The position numbers were made by a program, and so were the translations under genes. This document shows, piece by piece, positions 35,480 to 47,600 of a stretch of 64,000 nucleotides of DNA. The stretch's first letter is position 1, and each line of letters begins with the position of its first letter. The notes below the pieces were generated by a model that saw nothing but the letters and a program-made list of their open reading frames with translations, searched no databases and was not told where the DNA came from. Where the stretch lies: IMG/VR virus record IMGVR_UViG_3300036770_003386, positions 20,139-84,138 of that record. One strand, 5' to 3'. The DNA comes from a virus.

Positions 35480-38400
35480 TATGCTAATGCAATTGCTCTT
35501 AAATCTCTAAATCTGGGATATTTATCTTGTCTTGTACCTGACATCACGATTTTAATAGTAAATCCAATAAATGGACCAACATTTGCTGCAGTATACTGAT
35601 ACTCTAAGAATTGATTTTCCAAACTACTTGGAACAAACGTATCCGATAATCCACTATTTTTACTTTCATCAACAACATCAAAGTAACCATCAAGATTATT
35701 GTCAATTGTCAAATTATTATATCCAGGGAACAAGTTAAATGATGGTAATGATTCATTTGATTCTGGTCTTACTAACGAATACAAAACTCTGAAATCTGAA
35801 GATGGATGTTTGTATGCGGATAATAAAACTCTTAGACTGTTTGAAGGTTGTGATAATCTAATAGTTCTAGAAACGTAAATCGCTGCATGAGGATCATCTG
35901 TAAGACCATTTACTCTACCATCGTTCACATAATTGGAAACTGGATTATTCAATCTTGCATTATGGAATTCTATGAATGTATCATCCAAGAAAACCATTGG
36001 TGAAAGATTATAATTATCTGATGATAAAGTTAATGCTGTTATTAGAGATTTATTTCTAGGTAATGCATCCAAATATTCGTCAGAATTAACCTTAGACGAA
36101 ATCATTCTAATACTATTCAATTTATTTGCCTGATTAATTTGAACATTTTCATAACCAAGATCAGTAAATGAAATTTCATTTCCATTTGCACTAGTACCAG
36201 TTATTGTTCTCATCTGTGCAGTAACTTCAGTTGTCGCTCCAGGTATGATAGTATTGTAGAACGGTATTGTGGTGTCATAAATGATATTTTCCGATGCATA
36301 TGCTGTAGATCCTCCAACATTCTTTTCAGAATTAAATGATAACATTGGATATGGATCTGCATCACTAGATCTATCATATCCAAAATTATTTGAACCATCT
36401 AAACCATCCTTATCAATTTCCAAATAATAACTGTCCAGTTCAATTCCAGAATCAACAATATTATGAGTTTTGTTAATTCTTCTAAGAGAAACACCACTAA
36501 GTTCATATTTACGAATAATTGAATTTTCTGGATGATTAATTGCAATAGTATTATCAATACCTCTTTCTAAACCTTCCAGAGATGATGATTGGACAGTGGT
36601 ATATTTAATTATTTCGTTGTTAATTATTAAATATCCAGGATTTGATGCACTAACTGCAGATCCTTCAAAAGTTTGAAAATACGTGGCATCTACAGAAGGT
36701 ATATTTAGTGTAGAATCTGTTCTTAGAAGTTGAGATGATAAAATTACTCCAGGTGTATCTGGTGTAATACCACTTAGTTCAACTATGTTATTTGCTGCAT
36801 ACATTCCATGATTGAAATGATTTACTTTCATGTAATTTCCTTCAGAGTATGAACCATAAGTCTCAGACGATTGAATAATGGTAGAACCTAAAGTAACTCT
36901 AGTATTGGAATCATTATAATAGACTAATTCTGCACTTCCATTTGTAAATGTATTTCCTTGAACACCACTTAAATACAAAGTATCAATAGCATCATTATTT
37001 CCTGTTATTGTTATTAAAGCATTTTGACCTTTACTCAAATTAGAAGATCCTGTAATATTTGAAGTTACAATTCCAACTACATCACCAATTGAATATCCAT
37101 TTCCAGGTTGATTAATGGTCGTAGATGTAATAGTTCCATTTGAACCTGCAGTAACTTCTAATTTTAAACCAGAACCATTTCCAGTAACATTAAATGTTTC
37201 TACAGTAGAAATTCCAACAGAATAGTTTCTTCCACCAGTACTAATAGCAACGGATGATACTGAACATCCCGTACCAACAATATTTCCATATATGAAGGTT
37301 TTGGATGTTTCACCCACCTTTCTACCTACAGTTAAGATAGTATCCACTTGTGTACTATCATATACTGTTGTTATCCCTACTTTAAGTTTTCTTGGCAATG
37401 TTGTAATCGGATTGTTTATCAGATTTCTAACATATCCATTACTCTTACTTAATGTTGGGTTTTGGAAATATGCAATGCCATTTAAAGAATTGAATTTAGC
37501 TTTATATAGTTTAAATTTCAAGTCTTCATATTGATCATCAGTCCATATTGATCCATTTTGAGACTTAAACAAACTTCCAATAGCAAACTGTTTTGTATAT
37601 CTAACACTTTCAACATCTGGAAGATTTAATGTATTAACTGTTGTCTCTCCCATTCTAGCAACCCAAAGTTCATATTGATCACTTTGTGGTGCCAATATTA
37701 CTATTGCATATTCTAATCCAGGTGGTAAAAATATTGGATATGGGAATGTAACTTTAGTTGCAACTGAACCATCAGTTGAAGTTTGTATATCGTTCGGTCT
37801 TAGAGTTACTGGATCACCAATAATTGTTAATGTTGGTGTTCCAAATTCAACTGTTCTTATTTGCACAGTAACAGTTGCATTTCCTGGATCTTTTTTAGCA
37901 AAGAAAAGATCAACCGAAGTTAAAAATGCACCATTAATGTCATCATTGAATGAATTTAAACCCCTACTAGATCCAACAAGGAATGTTTGTGCTAAAGGAT
38001 CAGCATGTCTTTGTTGTTGTAGTATCCTTGTTACATTTGTTATATTTTGCGTAATATTTTGCGTAACATTTTGCGTAATATTTTGCGTAATATTTTGAGT
38101 TACATTAACTACAGGTTCTGGAAGATTTATTGTTGAAATGTTTTCATTTCTAACGGCATTTAATGTTCTTGTTCTTATATTATTTGTAGTAGTTAATGAA
38201 GCATTTATAGTGTGAATTCTAATTATATTTTGATATGTTTGTACAGTTCCCTCAGATAAGTAACTGGTTTCTGCTGATGATATATCAGTTCCATTTAATA
38301 ATCCATTTTCATTTATTTGACTTGAAGATAATTTAAATGTTTTGTTACCTGTAGGAACTCTTATGACTGGTGGTGGTAATGTATTTGGATCTCTAATAAA

Positions 38401-41400
38401 GAAAGTTCCAATTAAATCACCATAATTATCTGTAATTAATCTTAAATCTTTAACATATGCTGCGGCACCACTAGTTTCTCCGATTAAAATTGCTCTACGA
38501 ACTAAGTAACCAGAATATAATCCTTGTGCTTCTTCCGATAGTGAAAATGTATCAATGTTTAATACTGTAGATGATTCACTATATGCTGTTGGTAAAATTT
38601 CTGATTTTGAATATGGATTTACATCGTATGTTTTTGATGGATTATTAAAAGGCCCAGATTTATGATTTGGTTGTGCAAGTCTAAATGTTATAATTGGAAC
38701 ACCATTATCAAATCCAACTATATTTTCCCCAACAGTAAAACTACCATCAGTTCCTGGATTTTGTAGTTGTACATCACTAGTTACTTCGATTAATTTTGGA
38801 GTAAAATCAATTGTAGAAATACCATCTAGGAATGAATAATATTGAGTAAATGCTCTTAAATTAGATACAGAAAACTCAGTATTTCTTGATCTCATGAAAG
38901 TATCAAATTCACTTTCAATAAATGATCTTTCTGTTGATCTTGAAGTGCCACTGTCAGAAGAAGTAAATGTTTCTTGAGAAACTGTACCATCACTTAAACT
39001 TAATTCTGTCCAAGTGTCTCTTACTTGACCAACACCCAATCCACCAGATCCAGTTCCTGTAGTATTATCAACATTATTTAAAGTAATCCTCTCAGTATTG
39101 ACTTTACTTTCTAAATTCAGACTATTATTGTGTGTAATAACTCTATCGGGAAGTTCAACAGTCCTTATCCAAGTATCTCTAAATGGATTTAATCTAACAT
39201 CACCAACATATTGAATAACGTGGAATGGATTTACATTTTCAACTCTTGTTGCCAATGGTTGTTCTATCCAATCAACACTTTCATAATCCAAAGTAATTAC
39301 TTGTCCCGTCTTTTTAACTCTATTATCTAATAGTTCAAAATTTTGAGATAAATCTAACTCATAATCCGCAGAATTTGCTAATGGTATAATTTGATTTTTT
39401 AAACTATTTTTTGATATTAATGGAGTTAATTCATTGTTATCTGAAATTTCTGCTAGAGAATTTCCTAAATCAATAAAATTATCATTTCTAAAAGAATCGG
39501 CAAAAAATCCTGTTTTGAATCTGTTTATACCATCAGCATCCTGTATCTGCAATGTTTGTGTGTCTAATTCTAATAGTGATAATGAAGTTACAACCTCTAA
39601 ATTTTCTACTCTATCTTCAATCTTTCCAATATCTCTCATAGTATATCTTCTATTATCAACTAAAGATACTTTTGCATCACTAGTATCATAAAGATATGGT
39701 GGTAATGAAATAGATGCTATTTCTAACAAATCTCCTGACTTATAAGGTTCTTTTGGATTAGTTGATGATATTCCTTTTTCAACAACAAAAGATCCATAAC
39801 TATCCAAATATACTTTATCAATTCTTCCAAGATAGAAATTGTAGTTTACTAAACTAGACTCATTTGGGGTAAATATTACTTTTGGACCGTTTCCAAAATT
39901 TCTTGATGAAAAATCAAAAGGTGAAGATGATGATCCACTAAAGTATGATACTCTTGGTCTAAAGTCCAATGTGTCAGAGGATCTAATATTTAAAAATCCT
40001 ATGTTTGGTATATCTTTACCATAATTTTCATCATTGTAACTTAATATGCTAAATAAGTCTCCCGAATCTGTTGAAGAAACATCATAATGATCAATAACTA
40101 TAGTGAGTTTTTTAGTTGGTTCTTGTTCGTTTGAATTTCTTATTATTTTTGAATAATCATAATATTGGTTTTTTTGTCCTTTATCTAATTTAAAAATATT
40201 GGTAATATTTTTATATCTTCCAAATGACACTGATTCTATTGGTGATGTAATATTAGATTGTTCAAATGATACTTCTTCACCAACTTGGAATTTATTGCCA
40301 TTTAAATATACAATCTCAACACTATTTGGATAAAGAGGATCTTTTTTAACAATTCTTGCTATAGAATTGCTTGTTTTACCTGTTATATTTTCCCCAACTA
40401 TTGAATTATTATAAACTCCATATAGAGAAGAAAAGTTTAATCTGTCAAAAGTTGGAAGAGATGAATCCAAAGATTCATAAACTGCCAAAACTCTAATTAC
40501 ATCTGGATATCTTAAACAAATTTCATTATCTTGAACTCTTAATCCATAATATCTATTAAAAGTTAATCCATCGTTAATAGATGATCCAGAATTAGATCCA
40601 GATTGTTCATATTTTGATAACTCAACATTAACTAAAGTACTCTTTTTATGAACTTTAGTTTTACTTTGTATACCAGTCTTTACAAATGTGCCATTAACAA
40701 TATAGGTAGTCTTACCATTAGTTATGCCATTAAATGTAATTTGTGTATATTCGGGATTAAAAGTAACTTGGTCATCAGTTAAAGACTCTATAGTTCCATC
40801 GTCATAATGAATAGAATACTTCTCTGCATCAAAAGTGTCAAATTTTATAGATCCAGAATTTCCCGGTAAAGTAAAATCTCCTGTTGATAATGTTAATGAT
40901 CCTCCAGATATTGTATTAGAAGATACTGATTGTGCAGAAAATGTTAATTGTGAGTTACTAAGATCTATACTAGAAATATTTGTATTAGGTAATACTGAAT
41001 ATAAATATCCAGAATTTTGATCTCTTATTACAGAATTGCCAACTATGAATCTAGATTGTAGATTTGAATCTGTAATGTCACCATTATTTACATTAGATAC
41101 TGAAGATACACTTGATAATGTAAAAGTTGTTCCATCAGCAGATACATTAGTAACACTATTATAAGTTTCTGTACTAAATCCAACTCTAGAATATTTTACT
41201 ATTGTATCAGTCGATATTCCACTAAAAGGTTTATTTGCAGTTCTTACTACCCCATCAGATCCTATAGTAATTTGATCTTGACCACTAAAACCAACTGGAA
41301 TAAAGGATTCTAAAACAGAATCTGCTAAAAATGCAGGACTTCCAGAAGAATAAACAGATTTAATATCTGATGATTTATAAGACCTTACACCTAAAATCGA

Positions 41401-42993
41401 TCTAGATTGTAAAGTTATACCATTAATAGAAATATTTTCATTAACTAAAAATGTTCCAGATGTTTGTCTTACAACTGCAAGATTATTACTAGTTCCTGCA
41501 GAAACAACATATCCAGTAGCACCACTGCTATTTCCTGTAATAATTGATCCTGCTGGTAATTCTGTTGCAGTTAATGAATTATTTAAAGTTAAATGTGTAT
41601 AAAACTGAATATCATAAAGATATAAATCCCATTTTGTCCTTGCTCCTTCATAAGCAGCATCAGTAAGTTTACATAAATAAATTCTTGCAGATCCCAATTC
41701 AACTCCACCTGGAGTTGAAGTTGCACCATTTCTTCTCCTACTGTAAAAATAGACTGTAGATCTATTTACAGGAGCTCCGTAAATATTATTGATTCTTAAA
41801 ATATTACCCATCTTAAAGGGTACTAAAGCACCAGTAACTGTTTGAGTATCTCTTGGTTTTTCAATATCTAAAATAGTTGTGCTGGTTTTTTCAACGTCAT
41901 ATCCTTTTACATATGCTTTGCCAGGACTTATAGTAACACACATTAAATCATCTGAAGGTGTATTTCCTCCAGTTGTAGTATTACCATCAAAGTAAATTCC
42001 ATTATTACCTAATAAATTATTTAATGAATTATTGATAGAAATATTAAAGGGTGTTACTGTGTAATTACCAGATTCATCATAAGTTCTCTGGGCAAGATAG
42101 TCTTTTATTAAATTGTAATCAGTTTTGTTCTCTATTCTTTTAAGAAATCCATTTTCAACTCTTAGTAATTCTATAAAATCAGTATCATTTATATCAGACA
42201 AAGATTTTTTTGTTAATGATAAATTTATTTTTAAACGATCTGCACCAGGTGCAACAAAGTTTGTAAATCCTTTTGCGTTATCAAATAAAGATTCATCTTC
42301 TTTTGTTGTTATAATATTCTCAGATACTCTTAACCCAACTCTATATGAAGAAATGTTATTATAATAATCTAATATTAAAGTTTGTTTATTTACATTTACA
42401 AAAGTTCCTCTAACAAAATATATACCATTATCAATTGAAACTGAAGATCCTAACACAGTTGCATTATCAGATATTAATGATGCAAAGGGAGTTCCATCAG
42501 ATATTAATACGTTGTTTATTCCATAAGATACTGGTTGTGTTGATAATAAAGATTCTCCATCCGAAAAGACTGATTGATTGAAACTATTGTCAGAATCTAA
42601 GTACTTTACATAAATTGTAATATTTTCTACACCACTACTATTCGGAAAAACTACTTCTTTTACAATTGCTGATATCCCAGATACCTCTCCTCTAATTATC
42701 TGACCAACATATTTTTCTATATAGAGTGAAATATCAACTCCGAAAGATGTAGAATTTAATTTTACTGCACAATATTCTGAGTCATATGATACACCACCAG
42801 GTATTACCATAGAACCTTCTTTGAAAATATGACTTCCAAAAGATTCTATTTGGTTTTGTAAAATAGACTGTATTGTATTTAATTCTCTAGACTGAACTGG
42901 CTTTGCCGGATTGAAAAGAACTTTATAAAAGTTCTTTGTAGAATCAAAGTCATCAAAATATGGATTAACATTGAGATTAGTTTTTTGTGCCAT
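35479..42993 (-). CDS. large virion structural protein (VrlC/DUF4815-like)
   Basis: 2504 aa; TNLNVNPYFDDF, QSRELNTIQSILQNQI, LAQRTYDESGNY; follows gp8. Confidence 0.75.
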   Translation of the reverse strand: MAQKTNLNVNPYFDDFDSTKNFYKVLFNPAKPVQSRELNTIQSILQNQIESFGSHIFKEGSMVIPGGVSYDSEYCAVKLNSTSFGVDISLYIEKYVGQIIRGEVSGISAIVKEVVFPNSSGVENITIYVKYLDSDNSFNQSVFSDGESLLSTQPVSYGINNVLISDGTPFASLISDNATVLGSSVSIDNGIYFVRGTFVNVNKQTLILDYYNNISSYRVGLRVSENIITTKEDESLFDNAKGFTNFVAPGADRLKINLSLTKKSLSDINDTDFIELLRVENGFLKRIENKTDYNLIKDYLAQRTYDESGNYTVTPFNISINNSLNNLLGNNGIYFDGNTTTGGNTPSDDLMCVTISPGKAYVKGYDVEKTSTTILDIEKPRDTQTVTGALVPFKMGNILRINNIYGAPVNRSTVYFYSRRRNGATSTPGGVELGSARIYLCKLTDAAYEGARTKWDLYLYDIQFYTHLTLNNSLTATELPAGSIITGNSSGATGYVVSAGTSNNLAVVRQTSGTFLVNENISINGITLQSRSILGVRSYKSSDIKSVYSSGSPAFLADSVLESFIPVGFSGQDQITIGSDGVVRTANKPFSGISTDTIVKYSRVGFSTETYNSVTNVSADGTTFTLSSVSSVSNVNNGDITDSNLQSRFIVGNSVIRDQNSGYLYSVLPNTNISSIDLSNSQLTFSAQSVSSNTISGGSLTLSTGDFTLPGNSGSIKFDTFDAEKYSIHYDDGTIESLTDDQVTFNPEYTQITFNGITNGKTTYIVNGTFVKTGIQSKTKVHKKSTLVNVELSKYEQSGSNSGSSINDGLTFNRYYGLRVQDNEICLRYPDVIRVLAVYESLDSSLPTFDRLNFSSLYGVYNNSIVGENITGKTSNSIARIVKKDPLYPNSVEIVYLNGNKFQVGEEVSFEQSNITSPIESVSFGRYKNITNIFKLDKGQKNQYYDYSKIIRNSNEQEPTKKLTIVIDHYDVSSTDSGDLFSILSYNDENYGKDIPNIGFLNIRSSDTLDFRPRVSYFSGSSSSPFDFSSRNFGNGPKVIFTPNESSLVNYNFYLGRIDKVYLDSYGSFVVEKGISSTNPKEPYKSGDLLEIASISLPPYLYDTSDAKVSLVDNRRYTMRDIGKIEDRVENLEVVTSLSLLELDTQTLQIQDADGINRFKTGFFADSFRNDNFIDLGNSLAEISDNNELTPLISKNSLKNQIIPLANSADYELDLSQNFELLDNRVKKTGQVITLDYESVDWIEQPLATRVENVNPFHVIQYVGDVRLNPFRDTWIRTVELPDRVITHNNSLNLESKVNTERITLNNVDNTTGTGSGGLGVGQVRDTWTELSLSDGTVSQETFTSSDSGTSRSTERSFIESEFDTFMRSRNTEFSVSNLRAFTQYYSFLDGISTIDFTPKLIEVTSDVQLQNPGTDGSFTVGENIVGFDNGVPIITFRLAQPNHKSGPFNNPSKTYDVNPYSKSEILPTAYSESSTVLNIDTFSLSEEAQGLYSGYLVRRAILIGETSGAAAYVKDLRLITDNYGDLIGTFFIRDPNTLPPPVIRVPTGNKTFKLSSSQINENGLLNGTDISSAETSYLSEGTVQTYQNIIRIHTINASLTTTNNIRTRTLNAVRNENISTINLPEPVVNVTQNITQNITQNVTQNITQNITNVTRILQQQRHADPLAQTFLVGSSRGLNSFNDDINGAFLTSVDLFFAKKDPGNATVTVQIRTVEFGTPTLTIIGDPVTLRPNDIQTSTDGSVATKVTFPYPIFLPPGLEYAIVILAPQSDQYELWVARMGETTVNTLNLPDVESVRYTKQFAIGSLFKSQNGSIWTDDQYEDLKFKLYKAKFNSLNGIAYFQNPTLSKSNGYVRNLINNPITTLPRKLKVGITTVYDSTQVDTILTVGRKVGETSKTFIYGNIVGTGCSVSSVAISTGGRNYSVGISTVETFNVTGNGSGLKLEVTAGSNGTITSTTINQPGNGYSIGDVVGIVTSNITGSSNLSKGQNALITITGNNDAIDTLYLSGVQGNTFTNGSAELVYYNDSNTRVTLGSTIIQSSETYGSYSEGNYMKVNHFNHGMYAANNIVELSGITPDTPGVILSSQLLRTDSTLNIPSVDATYFQTFEGSAVSASNPGYLIINNEIIKYTTVQSSSLEGLERGIDNTIAINHPENSIIRKYELSGVSLRRINKTHNIVDSGIELDSYYLEIDKDGLDGSNNFGYDRSSDADPYPMLSFNSEKNVGGSTAYASENIIYDTTIPFYNTIIPGATTEVTAQMRTITGTSANGNEISFTDLGYENVQINQANKLNSIRMISSKVNSDEYLDALPRNKSLITALTLSSDNYNLSPMVFLDDTFIEFHNARLNNPVSNYVNDGRVNGLTDDPHAAIYVSRTIRLSQPSNSLRVLLSAYKHPSSDFRVLYSLVRPESNESLPSFNLFPGYNNLTIDNNLDGYFDVVDESKNSGLSDTFVPSSLENQFLEYQYTAANVGPFIGFTIKIVMSGTRQDKYPRFRDLRAIALA
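38035..38103 (-). repeat. 12-bp in-frame tandem repeat encoding (I/V)TQN
   Basis: VTQN ITQN ITQN VTQN ITQN ITN; plus-strand unit GCGTAATATTTT. Confidence 0.85.
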
Positions 42994-42996
42994 TTT

Positions 42997-44580
42997 TTAA
43001 AATTCTAGAATAATTTTAATATCTTCTTTTTGTCTAGAGTTTCTTTGTACTAAAGGTCTGTTATCGATGTAAATAATATCTCCAGATGTTTTATTTATTT
43101 CAGGACTTGCAATACCAGAAGTAAAAGATACATCAAGGTTAATTATTTTATTTTGAACTGTTAATGTTGATGCGCTAAACGATGAATCTATCGAACATAA
43201 AAATCCACTATCAATACCTCTAATTGAACCACCAGAAGAACTAAAGTCAATTGAAGCGTTTGCTGAAGAGGAAATACCAACATAATCAGTTTGATCATAT
43301 GTTGATTGATTATAGTATAATGATCTGTCTTTAAAATATTTTAAAACTTTTGTATCTCTATCATAAGATGCCACATATCCAACTACTTTATCTCCATTCG
43401 TCAGAGTTTGTTCTATTTTTTCACCAACAGTTGGTAAAGTTGTTCCATATGGTATAACTTTTAATGATGTTAAACCAGAAAATCTGTCCGAAGTATAAGA
43501 TTCTGTGGATATAAATTTAGTTGGATTTTTTAATATTCCTATTTGAGCAAATTTTGTATCTACCGGGAAATCTTTGGAAGAATCATCAAATCTAGAGTAG
43601 ATTAAAACCTTATCTGATCCCATTTCCCTATATAAATCATATCCATGCCCTCTTGAAGGTGGTATTATTGGTATTAGTTTTGCTGGAAATGGAATAGTGT
43701 CTACAGTTTGAAGTGGACCAAGATCAACAATTCCATAAGTATATCCACTACCACCTGCAGTTACTGTGGTTTTTATTATTTGACCATCTTCGTTTGCTTC
43801 AACAAAAACTCTACCTCCAGATCCATCACCTAAAATATCTACCTCTCCTGTAGCATAATTACTTCCTTGACTTTCAATATACACAAACTTAATTTGATTA
43901 TTGTTAAGGGTAGAATCTCCATTATCTCTAATAGATTGTATTTGGGATAATGTTGAAGTTTCCCAACTATTTGGTAATGGTATATATTCAGTGGAATCAA
44001 ATTTAATAATATCTGTAGGGGGAACAGTAAATAGATATTTCCAAATATAACCATCTCCACTATTGCCGGCTCTAGATGGTTCTAAATCTGTAAATAGTGG
44101 TTCATCTTGAGATTGATTTCCAGTTGTATTGATACCACTAGAACCATTAGATATGCAAATATATACTTGATACTGACTATTCATTACATAATAATTAGAA
44201 TCATATAATCTAGCCCTATTAGTAACTGCGGATGGATTTGTGACACTATAATCGTGTCTATACATATCATATCTTACACCTTGCGTCCAATCAATCTTTC
44301 TTACACATCTCCTAATATTTTGAGATGTTACTTTTTTTCCATATAAAATAGTGTCTCCATAATGAGGAAGATAATCAAAGTTGTCAGTAGGATTTGGTAA
44401 TACTGCACTATCAGCATCAACTAAATCTGGACTGTCCCAATTTTCACTTCTACCAAATCCATTTATTCCTGGATTTGGTAGACCAACGAAAATATAATAA
44501 TTATCAGTCCCAGTATCTATTGAATTAATAAAATTATTTGTATTTAAAATTCTAAATTGGTCTGTAACAAAGGCTGGCAT
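42997..44580 (-). CDS. gp8: baseplate wedge subunit (T4 gp8)
   Basis: WTQGVRYDMYRHDY, YQVYICISNG, DGYIWKYLFTV, EDIKIILEF. Confidence 0.9.
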   Translation of the reverse strand: MPAFVTDQFRILNTNNFINSIDTGTDNYYIFVGLPNPGINGFGRSENWDSPDLVDADSAVLPNPTDNFDYLPHYGDTILYGKKVTSQNIRRCVRKIDWTQGVRYDMYRHDYSVTNPSAVTNRARLYDSNYYVMNSQYQVYICISNGSSGINTTGNQSQDEPLFTDLEPSRAGNSGDGYIWKYLFTVPPTDIIKFDSTEYIPLPNSWETSTLSQIQSIRDNGDSTLNNNQIKFVYIESQGSNYATGEVDILGDGSGGRVFVEANEDGQIIKTTVTAGGSGYTYGIVDLGPLQTVDTIPFPAKLIPIIPPSRGHGYDLYREMGSDKVLIYSRFDDSSKDFPVDTKFAQIGILKNPTKFISTESYTSDRFSGLTSLKVIPYGTTLPTVGEKIEQTLTNGDKVVGYVASYDRDTKVLKYFKDRSLYYNQSTYDQTDYVGISSSANASIDFSSSGGSIRGIDSGFLCSIDSSFSASTLTVQNKIINLDVSFTSGIASPEINKTSGDIIYIDNRPLVQRNSRQKEDIKIILEF

Positions 44581-44600
44581 ATTAACCTGGTTTTTTTTAT

Positions 44601-44608
44601 TATTTATA
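44601..44608 (-). promoter_or_regulatory. late promoter TATAAATA
   Basis: Exact consensus between gp7-like stop and gp8. Confidence 0.75.
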
Positions 44609-47600
44609 TTATGTTTTTAAATCTTTTTTAAGAGCACCTGTTCTTCTTAGTCCATATCCTTTTCTTTGAACTGTTGGATGAGTTGTCAAACCAGAATTAA
44701 TCTCATATCCACTTACACCTATAGAGACAGGATTAGAAGATCTAGTAAATCCACTAATTTTACCCCAAGAAAACTTTCCTACAGGATTTGACAATGTTCC
44801 AGTGGTTGCAATACCAACAATATTTGTACTATTTGATATATTACAGGTTATAATTCCAGTAAGTGTATCAATTCCATGTATATAATAAATATTATCCAAG
44901 TAAGAAGTTGATACTCCAATAATATCACTTTCATTTTGATCTATAGTTGTCAATCCAGTACCAACTTGAGTATCAAAAATATAAATTGGATATCCAACTG
45001 AAAGATCTGAATAAACCTCATCAGATTTAAACAGTTTAAATTCTATGGATAAATCTGTTCCAATACCATTAGTTGTCCCAATACCTGTAATTATTCCATC
45101 AAATCCTACAACAACATTTGCATTTAAACATTCCTCAAACTCAATATCAGGGTATTCTATTATTACTTGAGGTGGATTTGTGTTTGTGTAACCAAATCCT
45201 GGGTTGACAATAGTTGCATTTGATATAGATCCAGATGAAATAGTTAATGATGCTGTAGCAGTTGTTCCAACACCAACTCCAACTCCATAATAAGGATTTG
45301 ATATTTTTATGTCTATAGATCCCCCCGCATAACCAAAACCACTATTTACTATGGAAAGTGATTGTATTGTACCAGCTGCAGAAACAACCGCAGTTACAAT
45401 ACCAACTTCTATAGACTCATTAGATGGAATAATTAAAAGATTAATTTTTTCTGTGGGAAGTTCTTCTTCATAATCAAAGAAACTTGCATTGTCAACAAAT
45501 ACCTCATTATCTGACGATGAAAAGTCTTTTATAATTTTTGCAGTTGGATATACTTGAGGTTCTAAAGAATCTCTAGATTTTGAGTATAAAATGTCATTAA
45601 TTATAATATCTTCCTTTTGCTTTATCCAAAATATCGGTTTTTGATTTTCTTCATCCACTCCCTGTTCAGAATATAAATTAGTTTCCATTAAATCTGATGA
45701 AATAAAGTCAAAAATAGTCCTTGTATTTTGAGTAACTGTATTTTGTAAATTAGAATTATTACTATAAATCTGTACAGTATCACCAATCTGAAGTAATTCA
45801 TCGACTTCTACTCTCTGAGAGTCCACATCTCTAGTTCCTACGTAGAAATAAATTTCCACATTATCATCTACTTTGGGGGCTGTTAAAAATCTTACTGATG
45901 ACCCACCAGTAAATTCATATGCAGTTCCTGGTTCTTGAAGAATTCCATTTACAAAAATAACTAACAGTGAATCAAAATCTATAACCTGAGAATCTGGATC
46001 ATCAATATTTGTTTGGAAACTTAAAAGTTCATCTTCATAATATAATGGATAGTTTAATCTTGACCCATTTTGGAAACGTCTTATAGAGTCAATTAAATTT
46101 AACTCTCCAAATTGCCATGCAGCAAAATCATCATTATAAGTTTCTAAAACTGCAAGTTTAAATTCTTCTATTGGCTCTGATAAATCTTTTGCTGTTACTA
46201 ACCCAACTGGTCTAAAAATATCACCTCTTCTAAAATTGTAACCAGGTCTTGTAATTTTAAAGGATGAAACTTCAAATAATGTAGTACCAATACCAACATT
46301 ATTAGGACTTGCACCAACTTCAACATTCATTAGTAACCCAATTCCAGTTTCAGTTGTCTCACCAATTCCCAATCTTGATACGCCTATAATTGGTAAATTT
46401 TCATAACTTGGTGGTGACACTTGAATTATTGGATTGCTATATCCTGTGCCACCTGCCCCTACAGTAAACGATAAAGTTCCACCCGCCCCAACAGAAGCAG
46501 TTATAGTTGCAGGGTCTCCCATGTGTCCAGACTCAGTAACTCCGATGGAAATAGTACCTCTATATCCAGAACCAAAATTTAAATCTTCGTACCAAGGATA
46601 TATCGTTCCATAACCAATATAATAATGTGGTAAGGTGCTTGTGCCAACTTGAACTGAGAATGATGTTGTACCAATGCCAACAAGATTTAAAGAATAATTA
46701 TGAGATGGAAAGTAAGAAACAATTCCTGGATTTGATGGGCAAGTAAATGCTAATCCGACAATTTTTACTTGATTAGCACCAATAAGACCATCTGTAGAAG
46801 GTGCAAAAACTCTTAGTATACCAGTTTCATTATTATATGAAACCGTAGTAAATGCAATTGAATTTCCTGTTGTTGCTATACCAATTATGTCAGTAATAGT
46901 ACCATTTACATCCAAAGATGCTTTTACTTTTGCTCCAACCAATGGGGCATATCCAAGACCTGCAGTAGATCCTAAAGAAACAATAATTCCACCTCTTGGT
47001 AATTGGTTTTGGTTTACATCTGATTCGGAAATTGTAATTTCATCATTATCATTTCTTATTCCACTGAAAACAACACTAGTAATTCCAACTGAAGGATTTT
47101 CTACAATTTTAAAATTATAATCTGTTATATTTTCAGTAAGTGGAGTCTGATAAATTCCATTTATGAATAATATGCCATTTCCAGATGTAGTACCTAAACC
47201 AACAGTATTAATTCCTTGAGACTTTAATATAAATGTTTCGCCTATACCTGTAAACTGTGAAGAGATATCATCAAAAATAACATTTGTAGAGTAATCTTGC
47301 CTTAAAAATACTCTTCCACTAAAACTTGCTCTAGATCTCTCTAAATTTCTTTCATCCTTTGTAACTAAGTCAAATATGTTTCCTCTAGGTGGTTGTGTGA
47401 AATATATTTCATCTTCGAATATGTTATAAGAACCTCTGTAAATTTTAACTTCTGAGTCATCCAGATGTGAAGTTGCCGAAGTTCCAACAAATCCTCTTTC
47501 AACTTCTACAATGTTCTTATCTCCAGTAAAGAATAATATTGGTCCGGAATTACTAGTTCCAATTCCAACATTTAAAACTCGCATATATTCATCACCTATT

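Noticed and set aside
1821-43839. Alternative-frame minus-strand ORFs (e.g. 1821..2462, 5096..5440, 18013..18297, 14837..15034)
   Set aside because: Nested in or overlapping recognised core genes in another frame, with no independent support
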